Shown one piece after another: positions 13,258 through 26,400 of a stretch of 64,000 nt of DNA. The position numbers were made by a program, and so were the translations under genes. Where the stretch lies: the NCBI GenBank assembly GCA_024679065.1, contig JAGIQG010000014.1, forward strand, positions 17,856,001 through 17,920,000, in the 5' to 3' direction. Each line of letters opens with the position of its first letter. Within the stretch, counting starts at the first letter, position 1. The notes under the pieces were generated by a model that worked only from the letters and a program-made list of their open reading frames with translations, had not been told where the DNA came from and did not search any database. The stretch is from Sphyrna mokarran. Taxonomy: Eukaryota.

Positions 13258-16200
13258 TGCATTGAGAGCCTATGTGTATGTCTTTGTGTGTAGGTGGCAT
13301 TTATTGAGTGCCTGGATGCTGGGTGTCTTGGAAGTGTACATGCATGTGTACAATGGTTGAGGACAGATTGAACTCAACAATGATGGTCCCAACAACTCTG
13401 GAGCTTACTTGATGCTCATTAGCTGCTGGAATGCCTGGCCTAAAAGGATGGTGGAAACAGAATTAATTATAACTCTCAAAAGGGTACTGGATATATACTT
13501 GGAAGAGAGATGGATTTTGCCCTATGGGGCCAAAGCACAGATATAATTGGCCAAATGGTCTTCAACTAAGGTTGTATGAGCATTGGCGTCTATAAATTCA
13601 CAATAAAGTGGAAGTGTGAATCTGCCACTGTGAGACATTGACCAGATTTAGCAGCACAAATGCTTAGTTAGTCTTATAGTTCACGTATAGATTCTCCGAA
13701 GGAGATTTGGTGTTAATGGAATAAAATTTTGGTAACAGTTTACAGGAGAGAAAGGGAGTAAACTGGGGAACATAATGAACATGTGTTGCTGCTGCTAGTA
13801 TTTAGATTTGTAATTGTTTAACATACAGGCACCCCCACTGCTTTTCAAACGATAGGTTTTGTGACAATGGAACATCCTTCCCAGTTCAAGAGGGTCCGCT
13901 CAATATTACTGCAAGGAATATTTACAGGGGATAGTTGGAATTAAAAATAATATATCCTAAGAACTAAATATCGAGTTAATGACAAGAGTAATTTTATCTT
14001 TAAATGGCAACTTTGTGCTTAATATTTCTTAAAGTGGGATCGAAATTATTCGTTGCACTGCTTTTGTGTGAAGGCTGATCTCAGGGAATGGGTGATAAGA
14101 TAATGTGCTGCGTGTTCAGGGCAGAATGGTAAACGATGTATTCACGCTGTGACTTTTTTTTTGTTCATCACGAAGCATCCCTCTTAACGTGAACTGAACT
14201 CACGTTAGAGGCTAGATTTAAGCTTCCTTATTTTGTGACCCAAAACGTCAAACTTCAGGGTGACTTTATTAAAAAAAGTACTCGTTAAATTTATTTGTTT
14301 TGCACTAAACATCGTATGGTAGATAGATTTTACATGAACTGTAGTTTTCATTTGTGAGCATGGCTGTGCACGGGCTGATCATGCCAGCCAGTGTGCTGTT
14401 TTGGAGATACTTGTGCCAGAGTCTGTTTGCCTCTGCAACAGGGGCTATCTGTCTATCCTCTGTGGATGTTATGTCCTCGATTTTGAAACATAAACTCTGT
14501 GAGAACGGAGTCTACATTTTCAGAAACTGAATTCTTGTGGGACGTTGCGCCAGTCGGGTTCTTTTGTGCAGTTCGTTGTTAAGTGACAAATGATGCAGCA
14601 ATGCCGAAAAATGTTTTCTTTTTGTTAAGGTGCTCTGCTTGAACAGAAACCTTTAGTTTTACAAATCCAGGGAACACCACGCAGTACTGACACTTATTGA
14701 TAATTTTCTCCTGTTGATCCGAAGCTTTTGACTCTTGGCTGAAGTGTGATTCTGTATATGTTAACAGAGAGTCCTCTGGCATTTCTCTCAAGTGGGCATT
14801 CTCTCAAGGCTAGGCGTTGTGAGTGTCGAGAGGATATTTGATTGGGGGGGAGAGGTAGGGAGGGGGGGTACCAGGGGAGGCGAATCATTACAGCAGAACC
14901 TGATCCTATCCCCTTCACGTTGTCTATTCACCTATGCAGTCTCCAGTAGAGGTTGCTAGTGAGTGACCAGGACAAGATTTTTGATATAATGCTTCCCTCC
15001 TTTAATGCACTGGTAACAAGACTAAAGACAATGCGCTGGCTAGGTAACGCAGACCCTTCCTGCTCTGGAGGGGCTGCTGCACTTAATTTGTTGAGCCATT
15101 GGCCAAGCGCGCTAACATTTCCACCGCTGGTACTCTCATCCCTTTACTTTGTGGGAACCTTGCCCCGAAACGATAATTTGTCTTCCACACAATGAATAGC
15201 TGAGCTCATATTTGACAATTGTCCCCCTTGTTTATATGTTTGTGTGTTGTGGATTTGCAGTGCTCCGTAGGTGAGGGGTCAGGTCAGCTTAGGGGTAGCT
15301 ACCTAAAATTCCCACCACCGTATGGTCCAGATTATAGGAAATAGAAGAACCACGCGGATAATATATTTCAGTGTGTGGAGGGCGAAAGAGAAGGGGGGAG
15401 AGGGGGGTGGGGTTTGAAAAAAAAGGCACGTTGTGAAAGGTCAGCCAGCTGATGAGGGAGATTACAGGTTTCATTGTTGGCTATTGAAGCAGGGTTTTAT
15501 TGGGGCGCTGTTTGTTTATTACTTGACGTGACCCGCCTGATATGGGAGCTGTCACCCATTGTGTCACTAATACTGCTCTGAATTGCAAATCCCACACCAT
15601 TCTGAGCAGGGGCTGCAGACATCCCCCGCCCGCCCGCCCGCCCGCTTTTCCCTCTCCTCGGCCACCACATCGCAAAACCCGTTTTTCTTAACTCTGCATT
15701 ATTTTTAGTTGCAACTTCGTGCATGCTGAATTTGCACCGGGTACAAATGTGCCCTCCGTTAGAAGCATAAAATGAGAGCCTGTTTGCCATTAATCAGCTC
15801 AGCTAATTGCTATGCGCTCCCATTACCCAGATGGTGTGAAACCAGCTTGTCTTTTTGGTTAACAAAAAAAAATGCACAGTTTCAGTCAAGGTCTGTTTTC
15901 TTAACTTTTTACTCCCCTTTAAAATAATGTGAGTTCACGGCACTAATATATGTTATATTAAGGTTGAATATTATTTGTAGTAAATCATTTTGAAGAGTGA
16001 CCAGTAACGTTAGCAGAATCACTTCAACCTGGGCCAGTACGTATTCGGTGATCAGAGTGAATGCACAATGATTTTTAATTCTCCGCACTGTTGTACCGAG
16101 AATTCGTTTTTATCACCTCTCCCTCCCCGAAGTTGAGAAGATTTCTTATTTCAGGTCTCTTGCTTACGTTGATCTGGCTTCTTATTCTTCCGCTGCTATT

Positions 16201-16410
16201 TTTTGAACAGGTCCAGCGACATTAGCTTTAAAGACAATCAGAATAAAATGATTGTTAGATTTATAAGCCAGATAAAACTCTTGTAAATTTCTGCAAAGCA
16301 GTCAAGCAGCGGGACCCGGGCGCAGAATACCATCTTTTATTTAAAAATAGAAACAAGACACACATACACACACACACAAAAATCACAGATGTCCCATATT
16401 CGAAAGCAGC

Positions 16411-16790
16411 CTGAGTTGGATTAGTTGATCTCAGCTGGGGTTGCTGTTGAAGTGCTCCAACTCTCCTCAGTGTGGCCCCCTGGGCTATGGAGGAGAATAA
16501 ATCAGTTCAGGTCCCTGCTGCTGATCCTTATCCATTCACCCTTGGTGCATAGATGTGGATGTGGCGGAGAACACTGCACACAGAGACGGCCCTTTTCAGC
16601 CTAAAATGTTGATGTTCCATCGAACCTCCTCCCGTCTTGCTTCATCTGCTGGGCGAGGACAATGTATGTACGGATTGTGAAGACTCTCCATTCATGCCAA
16701 AGTAGCGTGCTGACAATTGACTTGGCTCCCTAATGGATTAAGGCCATTCGGTTGAGGTATTGGTGCCCCTGGAATCAGATCCCAACATGA
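16411..16790 (+). mobile_element. SINE family C copy, with a short inverted CR1-tail piece at ~16570-16650
   Basis: ttagttgatctcagctgggg...cctcagtg...cccctgggcta...ctgctgatc shared with 44990-45180, 58436-58580 and 63810-63975 (-). Confidence 0.55.
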
Positions 16791-16852
16791 GATATTGGGC
16801 CATGTTGGGGGGGGGGGGCGTGGGGGCGGGAGTTGGACAAGAAGGTAGCTGG

Positions 16853-17095
16853 CAACAACCACTTGCATTTATATAGCAACTTTAACATCCTAAAACTTTC
16901 CAGGGCACTGCACAGAAAACTAATAAAATACACTTTGACATTACGCCACATAAGAAGGTATTAGGGCAGCTAACTAAAAGCTTGGTTAAAGAGGCAGATT
17001 GTTAGGTTTGTCTTACAAGAGGGAAGATATTAGTGCAGAGAGGGTTTTGAAGGGAACTGCAAAGCTTAGGGATGGGGCATTTGAAGGCACGTTGG
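16853..17095 (-). mobile_element. L2 LINE 3' end
   Basis: acttgcatttatatagc...ccaaaagcttggttaaagag pattern repeated at 34340-34790 and 40755-40900; typical L2 tail. Confidence 0.6.
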
Positions 17096-17667
17096 GATGA
17101 AGGAAATGGGAAGTGACTGTATTTTACCAATTAACATTCTCCTGTAAGTACACAATGTGCGGTGCACATTGAATTGCACCAATAGATTGACTAACACTTG
17201 TATGTAATTCTCAATTAGTATCAGTAGCAAAGAGGGATGTGGTGCACTTGAGATTTTGTGCATGGCATTGTCAGAGAAGCCAAAAATATAGCTATTTACA
17301 AATATGATCTAAAAGTTCACTTCCCGCTCATTCTATATATGATGCTGTAGCAATAACTACAGCAGTCACATTGGATATAATGTAGAATGTAATTGTGTGT
17401 AACTTGAGCCAGAAACCTTGTTAAACGCCACACTATAGGGCACTGATACTTCTTCTTAACCAAACGAAACTAAGTTAAGGTGCAAGACTTTATTTTCAAA
17501 AGCTGCTAGAATGCAGTTTTTCTGATACAATCTTCAACTGGCCATTCTTCATTTGGGCATCTGTTCTGTGAGCAGCAGCATGTTTTTTGTCTTGTACAGA
17601 TAAGATGTGGCAAATGGACTTGATCTTATTCTTAGGCCCCCAGATAGTGATCGGCAGCACAAGGAGA

Positions 17668-17817
17668 GGTGTTGATGTAGTGGTATTCTCTGTCACTGGG
17701 CTAGTAATCCAGAGATCCAGGGTAAAGCTCTGGGGACCTGAGTTTGAAGCCCACCGTAGCAGAAATTTGAATTCGATAAATATCTGGACTTAAAAGTCAT
17801 GAAACCATGATCAGATT
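17668..17817 (+). mobile_element. 5' half of a tRNA-head SINE (family B)
   Basis: gtagtggta...gtcactgggctagtaatccagag...B-box-like gagtttgaagccc; matches 27147 and 54105. Confidence 0.65.
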
Positions 17818-19624
17818 GGGTAGTCTATGCAGCCAGTTTGGACCTTGAGTGCGGCCCACGAGATATTTTCTTGACTGTTGCCCACATGCAGGATTGTGAG
17901 ATTTGCTGGTTTCAATCTGTGTAGTTTATTTTTCCAACGGCATGGCTAACGTGATATGCACATACAGCAAGGGAACATAGAGTGAAGTGCAGGTTACACA
18001 CAAATTGACTATGGGAGCTATGCACTTTCTCTCTCTGCATCTAGTTGAAACACCTCTTCAGTCAGCACAGCCTGCAAATCTAGGTATGCAAGCACAATTA
18101 GCAAATTTACCCTATGCTGAGAGACTGTCTTAAGATGAAGGAGGCCCACTTACTAGCCTAGGTTGCCTGTCACTGGACTAGAAACTGAGGAAAGTTGCAA
18201 CTCCTGAAATGTTGAGTCAACTAATTTAGCAGAAACTGGGTTTCAAACTGGGCACCAGGTACTGGCTGTCTGCACTTACTGGCCATGACATTATATTTTA
18301 ATAAAGGATCACTTCCAGTGTCATGTGAACACTATCTGACTAATCACATCAGGTTAGTGGGAGCCATCACGACTAACACTGATAAATATTCATCATGCCA
18401 AGATGTAAACTTTATATGTGCTATCATAGCTCTCTGCTGCTGATGCTTATATCTTGTGAAGTGAAAGTCTCACAGACTTCCCAAATGTTTGAAAAACATT
18501 ACTAAATGGTCTTCTGCCTGAAATGAAATATAGTACACTGAATGAAAAGGGTCAAGGTCTTCAGCTGGCTACCCTCCAAGGTTCAAAGGTGAAGAGACAA
18601 GAATGCACAGAAAGGAATGAAGTTATGATGCCAATATTTAAGAACTCAATGGTCGTGAGAGAGAGAAAAGACAGGAGTACAAGGAGTTCCATGATGTTTG
18701 AGATCTTGGAAATGAATTAAGAAATGATGCAAGGAGATAGTGAAAAGGAAGGAAGAGATTCTATTTTGGATAAAGCTTCCAAAGCATACAGACACTTCTT
18801 GCCAAGAAAACGTTTTTCCCAATACAGTATAAATATCAGAAACTGTTAACTGGACTTGTAGCAGGAACAAAAATGGCAACATTCCCACTAACTTTCACAA
18901 TTTCATAATTTACACAAAATGTGATAATCCAATTCAGAAGGGAACTAATGATTTTTAAAAAATTGCTTCCTGGGATGTGGGTGTCACTGACTAGACCAGC
19001 ATTTATTGCCCATTCCTAATTGCCCTTGAGAAAGTGGTGGTGACATCAGGAGGAAAGGAAGGAGAGAACAGACGAAGGAAAATGAGTGAGAAATAGAATG
19101 ATTCACTTGTGACCCTGTCACTTGCAATGGTACAAATCCTGGGAGAAGAAGGAACAGTGTTCAGAAAATTACCAGATGCATTTGTCTATAATTGTATCAG
19201 CGGATACTGAATATCCCACTCTCCACACTCAGTCTTGTAACTCATGATCTATTGCATTAGAAAATAATTAAGTGCAAAGCATATATGTGGCAATACTTTG
19301 GCAATGCTAAAGCAGGGGTCTTTCATACACATGCTAAATATCTGGAGAGCAGAGAACTCTGATTTTTAGGAATGCCCTCCCATCCTAACCCACCCTCACT
19401 CTCTGCCCACCTTCAATTTCCTAGAGAGCATTGCTATTCATGAGGTCTGTTGAAAGGAGTAGAGCCTTTCTCACTGCCTTTGACCAGTGCTTTAGTTCCT
19501 GATGTCAAGGGAAACTGTCTCCTTTTTATGTCTAACGTCATTAGGTGGGAGAAGTAAAATGCTCTTGCATCCACTGCCACATTATTAATATGCTTAGCAC
19601 AAAGAAAGATAATTGGGCTGCAAC

Positions 19625-20250
19625 AATTACAGTCGCCTCAGTCCCAGGACATCATTGTAGGATTCCTCAGTGTAGTGTCCTGGGCCCTAACATCTTCAAC
19701 TGCATCACCAATGACTTTCTCTTCATCATAAAGTCAGAAGTGGAAATACATGCTAATTGTTGTATGGTGTTCAGTATCATTTGCAATTCCTAAGACACTG
19801 AAGCAGTTGCGCCTTTAATTCACAAATCCTGGACAACACTCAGGCATAGGCTGGTAAGCGGTAAGTTACATTTGTGTCACACAAGTGCTGGTCAATGACT
19901 CCAACATGAGAGAGCCTAACTGCCTCCTCTTGGCATTCAATGGCATTACCATCATCAGCATCAGCATCCTGAAGATAGCCATTGACCAGGAAGTGAACTG
20001 TGTTCTACAAGAGCAGGTCAGAAGAAATGAATTCTGTGGAGAGTAAACTCACCTCCTGACTTCCCAAAACTTGTCCACATCTATAAATTAGGAGTGTGAT
20101 GGCATACTCTCCATTTGCCTCTTGGGTGAACCTACACCATATGGACTATAGCTATTCTAGAAGATGGATAACTGCCATTCTCTTAATGGCAATTTGGAAT
20201 AGGCAATAAATGCTGGCCTAGCTCGTGCTGACCACAGCCACCCTAAAATA
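19625..20250 (+). mobile_element. Decayed non-LTR retrotransposon (CR1/L2 group) RT fragment with 3' tail
   Basis: ORF 19545..19793 reads IPQCSVLGPNIF..TNDF...EVEIHANC, a degenerate GVPQGSVLGP...NDL...F/YADD RT motif set; tail ggcaataaatgctggcctagc. Confidence 0.8.
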
Positions 20251-20986
20251 AAACATCTTTTGAGAGCCATTGGAAAAGTGGACCATAATAGATGAAATAT
20301 TAAAGAAGAATTGGTATATATTCTGTTCATGAAAGCGGACAATAGCAATAAACTTTACATGAAGACAGTGGAAAGTGTGTTTGCTCATATGGGGAAGTTG
20401 CAAATTTGTACAAGAGCAATAGGACATAAGTGACCTTGGTTCTGTTTTAAAAGGTTTTAACTCTTTAGATTCCACTCTCCCCCATCTCTTGCTTAAATTC
20501 AGTGCACGATTACTTCCAGCCTTTGCCATTCTGATGTGCGAAGGCCTGATTTCCACCAGTGACTGTTTCACTGAAATATACCATCTGTGATGGTTGTAAG
20601 ATGAGAACCAATGAGGCTGACACCCTAGTGCTGAGGAGGTTTGTCCATCTATTGTTCTGGGACGGGACTGCTTACCTGCCTCAGGTGAGTGCTGCTTCAC
20701 CGCTCATCTTTTACAAAGGCACCTTTTGCCTCCCTAATTACTACCAGCTGTCTAGGGGAAGTGGAAAGTAGTAATTTACTTATATATAAGTATGGTCTCC
20801 TACTAATTCTTACCCTTGACTTGTATTGCAAAAGGCTTGGCAGTAGTTACTTAACCATTATGTGGTTGTTAAATTGTACCTACCCAGCTTGTTTAGCACA
20901 CAGAGAGAAGGCATCAGTAATTTAAGCCATATGCAGCAATTGTTCTGTACTGATTTTTGACTCTCCCTCTTCTCCCCTTCCTGCAG

Positions 20987-21055
20987 TCGCTGCTGTGACA
21001 AGAAAAGTTGTGGCAACAGGAATGAGACACCATCGGACCCGGTAATAATTGACAG
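20987..21055 (+). CDS. ebf1: COE/EBF exon 6 ([23 protein letters not shown])
   Basis: Long pyrimidine tract then ctgcag| acceptor, |gtacga donor, 69 nt; completes the zinc knuckle. Confidence 0.97.
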
Positions 21056-23135
21056 GTACGAACAATTGTTTGCTCTTGATTATTGTGTGACACCTGCCCT
21101 GTCCGCAAGTGGTGCTGGTACATTGGCTTGTGGTCATATGTGTACGTGCGGGTGTGTTTTATCTTGGATGTGAATGAACGGCTGGTCTCTCTTGTCCTGT
21201 TTCGGGTTCTGCAATTGTGTGATTCACTTGTGAAAGGCTGGGAAATTTACGGGTGTTTTTTGTCCCTCTTGTTGACTCATCATAATGAGGAAATCCTTTC
21301 TACTTGCATCTTAGTGATTCTCCCTCTCTGTGGTTTAACAAGTGGACTGCATCAGGTAGCTGAGTACATTCATGTATAGATATATATGTATATCCATTCA
21401 TATAGCATATATGAAACCTCCTACCATGCTGTTTTGAGTGGCTGGAAATGAGACAGGCAACAAGTGAAGAATTTAGAATTTCCAGATGAGCTTTTTTTCA
21501 GTTTTGTGCTGGACCTTGTTAGCGGAAGCATCATATATAATTGGGATCTTCTTTGCAGATGGTTCAAATAGTTAAAGTACTGCAAGTGTGGGACTGAGCC
21601 ATTCAATCCTCGGACTGTATCCACTTAGCATGGCTTTGGCCAGAATTACAACACTGCTGTTGGCTTCTGTGTCCCTGAGGTGTGCGCAAGAGTGAAGATC
21701 AACCAGGATCCTTGCTTCTGATGGCCAAGCAAGTGATTTATACTGGGGGGTATACTTGAATAATACTGGCTGAGGGTCTGGCCTGGCTGATGCAGTGCTG
21801 GCTTCCGTGTCAAATTGCCTTTCAGCAATTGCACACGAGAAGCAGGCACTCAGGCAAGGTTAGAGTAAACCACCCCCTTGGAAACTGTGCTTTGACATTG
21901 GTCAGCACTTTCAAGGGAGGATAAGGGAACAAAAGTAGATGGATTGCGAGAAGAAGGAATGTAACCTTTTGAAAGATGAGGCAGCACTTTCAGATTGTGT
22001 CATTATTATAAGGTTGAAGAGCAGGATGGCCTATTTGTTGCAGCAAGTAGAGATGGATCCCATGTATTTGCTGTGTTGTTTTATCATATGCCCTGAGCAC
22101 AGGCAAAGCCAGAATTAGAGGTTTCACTTCAGTGGATATTATTGAGAATGTCTGTACGCACTCTGGGTGCATGTACGGGCTGACACATTAATAGCTGTTA
22201 CCGCTGTATTACTGCCAAGTAAAGGCAGGCTTCACTTCTTTCGCTGAGTGTTTGTTTTAAAAATAACAAAGGCATAATATGGTGGGATGGTGACTCTTTA
22301 CATTGACAAGGCTGGGTGGTCCAGCCAGCATTCAGGAAACTGCATGGTCTCCCATTCATTTGGCTCAGTATTCAGCTGATCAGTGGATGCCCACGAGCAA
22401 TGCCAACCTGATGGAGACTGTGCCTATTATCTGCCAACTAAGTGCCGCTGCTTTCCATCTCAGGGTGGACGTTGGTATCTTCAGAGGTACCACCAGCATC
22501 ACATTCATGATCCATCCAAACCTGGGGCTGAAGGCGCAGTAAGGTGGATATTTGGTGAAAATCTTAGGCAGAACAACTCGAAAGGAAACTTACTCTCACT
22601 TTTTGAGGAGACTGTCAACATGCATGGTGTGCAATTGTGAACTGTTTAGCAGTTGAGTAATGGAGTTGCTTGGTCCACCAAAGTCTGTAAGCTTTCCTTG
22701 AAGTTTAACGTGAGTTTTCTCAGTCGTCTCAAAGTTAGATTCCCTGTTGAATAGGCAGGCCTGTGCCATATTCAGTATACTTTCCTGTTTTCATCATCAT
22801 TTGCTGAGGAAGATATAGCGATGTGGACTGACTCTCCATCCACCATCTATGAATTTCTTCAGGATTCTCATGGAATAAATAGACTGCAGTGATACAATTA
22901 TATTGAATCCTGCCTCGGGCCGAAATCTCTCAATTTCTCATATGGAAAGATACATGGGGGGTGCGGAAGGAATAGACAGGAATAGAAGGATGTGTGGCAG
23001 AGCTCGATGAAGTAAAGGGACATATATCAGTTGGGCTGAAGGTCTGTTTCTGCTTTGCAGATTCTATGTAACGTAACCCGAGCACATCATAAATGAGAAT
23101 GTATCATTGTTGCGATGTACAAACAGAGGCTCTAA

Positions 23136-23466
23136 GTATGGTGGCACCGTGGTTAGCACTGCTGCCTCACAGCACCATGGTCTCCCATGGTTCAATTTCA
23201 GCCTCGAGTCACTGTCTAAGTGGAATTTGCACATTCTCCCCATGTCTGCGTGGGTTTCCTCTGGCTGCTCTGGTTTCTTTCAATAGTCCAAAGATGTGCA
23301 AGTTAGGTTGATTGACCACGCTAAGTTGCCCCTTAGTGTTTGGGTAATGTCAGTGTAGGACTAACAGGGTAAATACATGGGGATCGGACCTGAGTGGGAT
23401 TGTGGTCGGTGCAGGCTCGTTGGGCTGAATGGCCTACTTCTGCAGTGTAAGGACACTGTTATTCTA
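23136..23466 (+). mobile_element. HE1-type V-SINE
   Basis: tRNA head (gtggcaccgtggttagcactgctgcctcacagc...ggttcaatt), V domain (tttgcacattctccccatgtctgcgtgggtttcctc), CR1/HER1-like tail. Confidence 0.85.
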
Positions 23467-26400
23467 AGTATCTTGGCCAGGAGGGAAGGGTAGCCTGTGG
23501 TGCCCTTGGCTGAGCCAGGCAGCCTGTTACATTTACCACAGACTAGAGGGAAAGTGAAGGTGAAAAGTTAAATTCTCTGAAGCTGACAGAGGCAGCTACA
23601 GCATTGGGAACAGAAAGGTGTGGCAAATACTTAATCCCAATGCTTGGTTTGGAGTTTTGACATAAAATTTCCACCTCTGGGAATTGTCTTGGGGCTCGTG
23701 GAATCTCAGCTGTGAGTCGGCCGGTGAGTTATTGGCAGATACAGATGGAATCTGGCACTATTTGACTGGATCTGCTGCTCTGGCAGTGTAATTTAGGCTT
23801 TAGATCACTGGGGTGCACTGCAGCTGAGAAAGAAATAAAATAAGCCAACTAGTTATTAACGAAATGGAGCTCGCTCTTCTTCTAGTGGAAAGCTCAAAAA
23901 AGTCAGAGACAGAATGTGAACAAGCTTGGCCAAGGATCGAAGTCCAACTTCCAACTACAAGTCCACCTCAACTATGGGTTATAAAGATTAGGCAGGGCAC
24001 TCACCATTCAAACGGGGCACCTCTCTTTCAGAACAGTTACAGATCTATTCCTGTCTCAGGCTGGTTGAAGTGGCCTCTCCGCCCATTTCTTTTCCATTCC
24101 TTGTATTCTGTCAAATCTTGTTATGTTAAGCAAGCTCTGGTTGTGAGGACGTGTGGTGGCGCAGGGGTCTGGTGGGTGGAGCGTGTGGGGCAATGGTGGG
24201 GGGAGCGGTAGGGGCGAGGAAGCATCTCCCCTCCTTTACCTTACAGAAATGGATGACCTTACAATGATGCAATGTCTGTATGTCTGTAACCTCATAAGAT
24301 CGGTTGCAGGTAGTTGAGGTCAGCACGCTGAGCAGCTTCCTGAGGGGGTGGGGGAGATTTGAATGCTTGCCATCACCACATCTTGTCACATGGGTGCTGT
24401 AGATCTCTGAATGGATGTGGGAGTCCAAATGATAGGGACATAGGCCAATCTGTCACTTCTACAAAGAATATGGAGACCTGGACATCCCTGGGTAATTCTG
24501 AGTCTGATTGAGGGGTTTAACATTATCAATAATCGACCTTTGCTACCTCCCTCATCCCCAATCCACTGCCATGAGATTTCAGGCTCCCACTGGTTGCTGT
24601 TTATTAATGCTCCAACTGTTTCCATTTCAATGTAGATTTAGTTTTTGACTCTACTTTGACTCAGTGTGGACAGAGTGTTAATACTGGTCATCGATCCATG
24701 ATGAGGGATTTATATTGAATTCCTGTGAAAGCATTGCATTGTGTATAACAGTAATAGGGTCTGAGCTGCAGAGATATGTATATTCATAGATATTTAGACG
24801 GGCAGTTTGAATCCCTCTCTTTTGGCTTGATGTTACCTGACTCTTTCTGCACAGCAGTATTAGCATATTTTGCATTTTCACAGAATGAGAACAGAGTTTC
24901 TTCCCGGCTCCGGGAACTGAATTAAAATCAGGAACAATGAACATGATATGGCTGGCTGTGCTCTCTATCAGGTTGCATTCATGTGGGCAATGGTTCTTAG
25001 TTCTGTTTCCGAACCCCACCCTCCCCATGAGAACAATATTGCCAAATAGCCCCTTGTACCAAGTTTGACAGTATAACCCATCCATTGTCAAATCCAGATT
25101 GTGTGCAATGGCATCTCTCTATATACTTCCTATTTTTGTGCCACTTTGCAGTGTAAGCTACACAGCATAAAACAGGCAAATATTTTGTGTGTGGGATTGA
25201 AAAAAGTATATTGGCAATACCTGTTTACACTGTACCCAAAGGCTCAATCATTATGTAATAAATCTAAGTCAATGTTATAGGCATCATCCATACTGGAATA
25301 AACTAAAAGATTTGCTATATGGCATGGGACACTCCTTTTTTTCAACTTCTGTGCTGAAGGCCTTTGCCTCTTTGGGGTCTTGGTCTCACAGGCACTGGGC
25401 AGCTCTGCAGCACTTCACCAACTCTTCATGTAGTCAGTACCTCCGAGTGCCAGCCAGGGGATCACTGGGCACTGGGCAAATGCAGGCAGCTCAGGTTCAT
25501 TGAAACCAGCTGCAGTGTTGCTGTTGTCTTGGATGAAATCATTGATCAGCGGCTGCTCCATCTCGTTACTGATCAGAATGAGAAGCTCTGTGCTCTATCC
25601 TTCATGTCCTTTTTATATGGATATGACGGAAGTTTAACCAAGATATATTAAATGCAACATTTTTGAATCTAATTTAAAGCACCCTCTTCGGCAATGAGAA
25701 ATTAGTAGAAGGGGAGGAGAACAATGTGTATTATCTTTGCTGCAAAGAGATCACATGCAAGTGCTGGAATTCCTCATCATTTTCATCGCAGATCTTTGAC
25801 AGACGAGGAAAGCTTTTGCTGATGACCTCCAGTTCATGCAAACAGCATCCCTCTTTACAGCACGCCATCAATAGACACAGTGTAAGAAGAAATGTTTGCT
25901 GACTTATCTCCCGCAAATCACTGGCACTATGAACATTGGATGGAGATGATGCCAGGATGGAAACAATTAACACAAATTGCCCGGTTTAGCTGAGAAAAGC
26001 TTGTTTGTTTTAAAAAAAAATCCTAGTGACGTTCAAACTGGATTTTATGTGAACTGCATGGGATAATTGCAAAGAGGGTATAATTTTTATAATGTATCCT
26101 AGTAAATTTGGTACTGTGAGAAGTTATGAATGAAATCCAGAGATTGAGGTATAACGAGAGACAGATTTTTAAGTTCAGCTTCTCCAGACCTCTCTGGTGA
26201 ATGATATGGTGAGAAAACAACTCTGAGTGATTAGTGATGTGTGTGTGTGCGCGCTCTGAGTATCTGGATTGGGTTACCTGTTTTGAATTAGTGGTGCTCC
26301 TATTGTTCCTGATGAGCCCTTGCCCCAGTAGGATAATTAAACTCTTCCTAAGCCTCGGCTAACCCTGCCAATTTAAATGCGATTGCATGCAGAAGAAAGC

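Noticed and set aside
17820-18175. Possible hAT MITE ending aggttgcctgtcactg
   Set aside because: Left TIR and TSD could not be identified with confidence.
23136-23215. tRNA-like sequence (also at 41029, 54110, 58200)
   Set aside because: These are SINE heads with A/B boxes and continue into SINE bodies; no complete cloverleaf.
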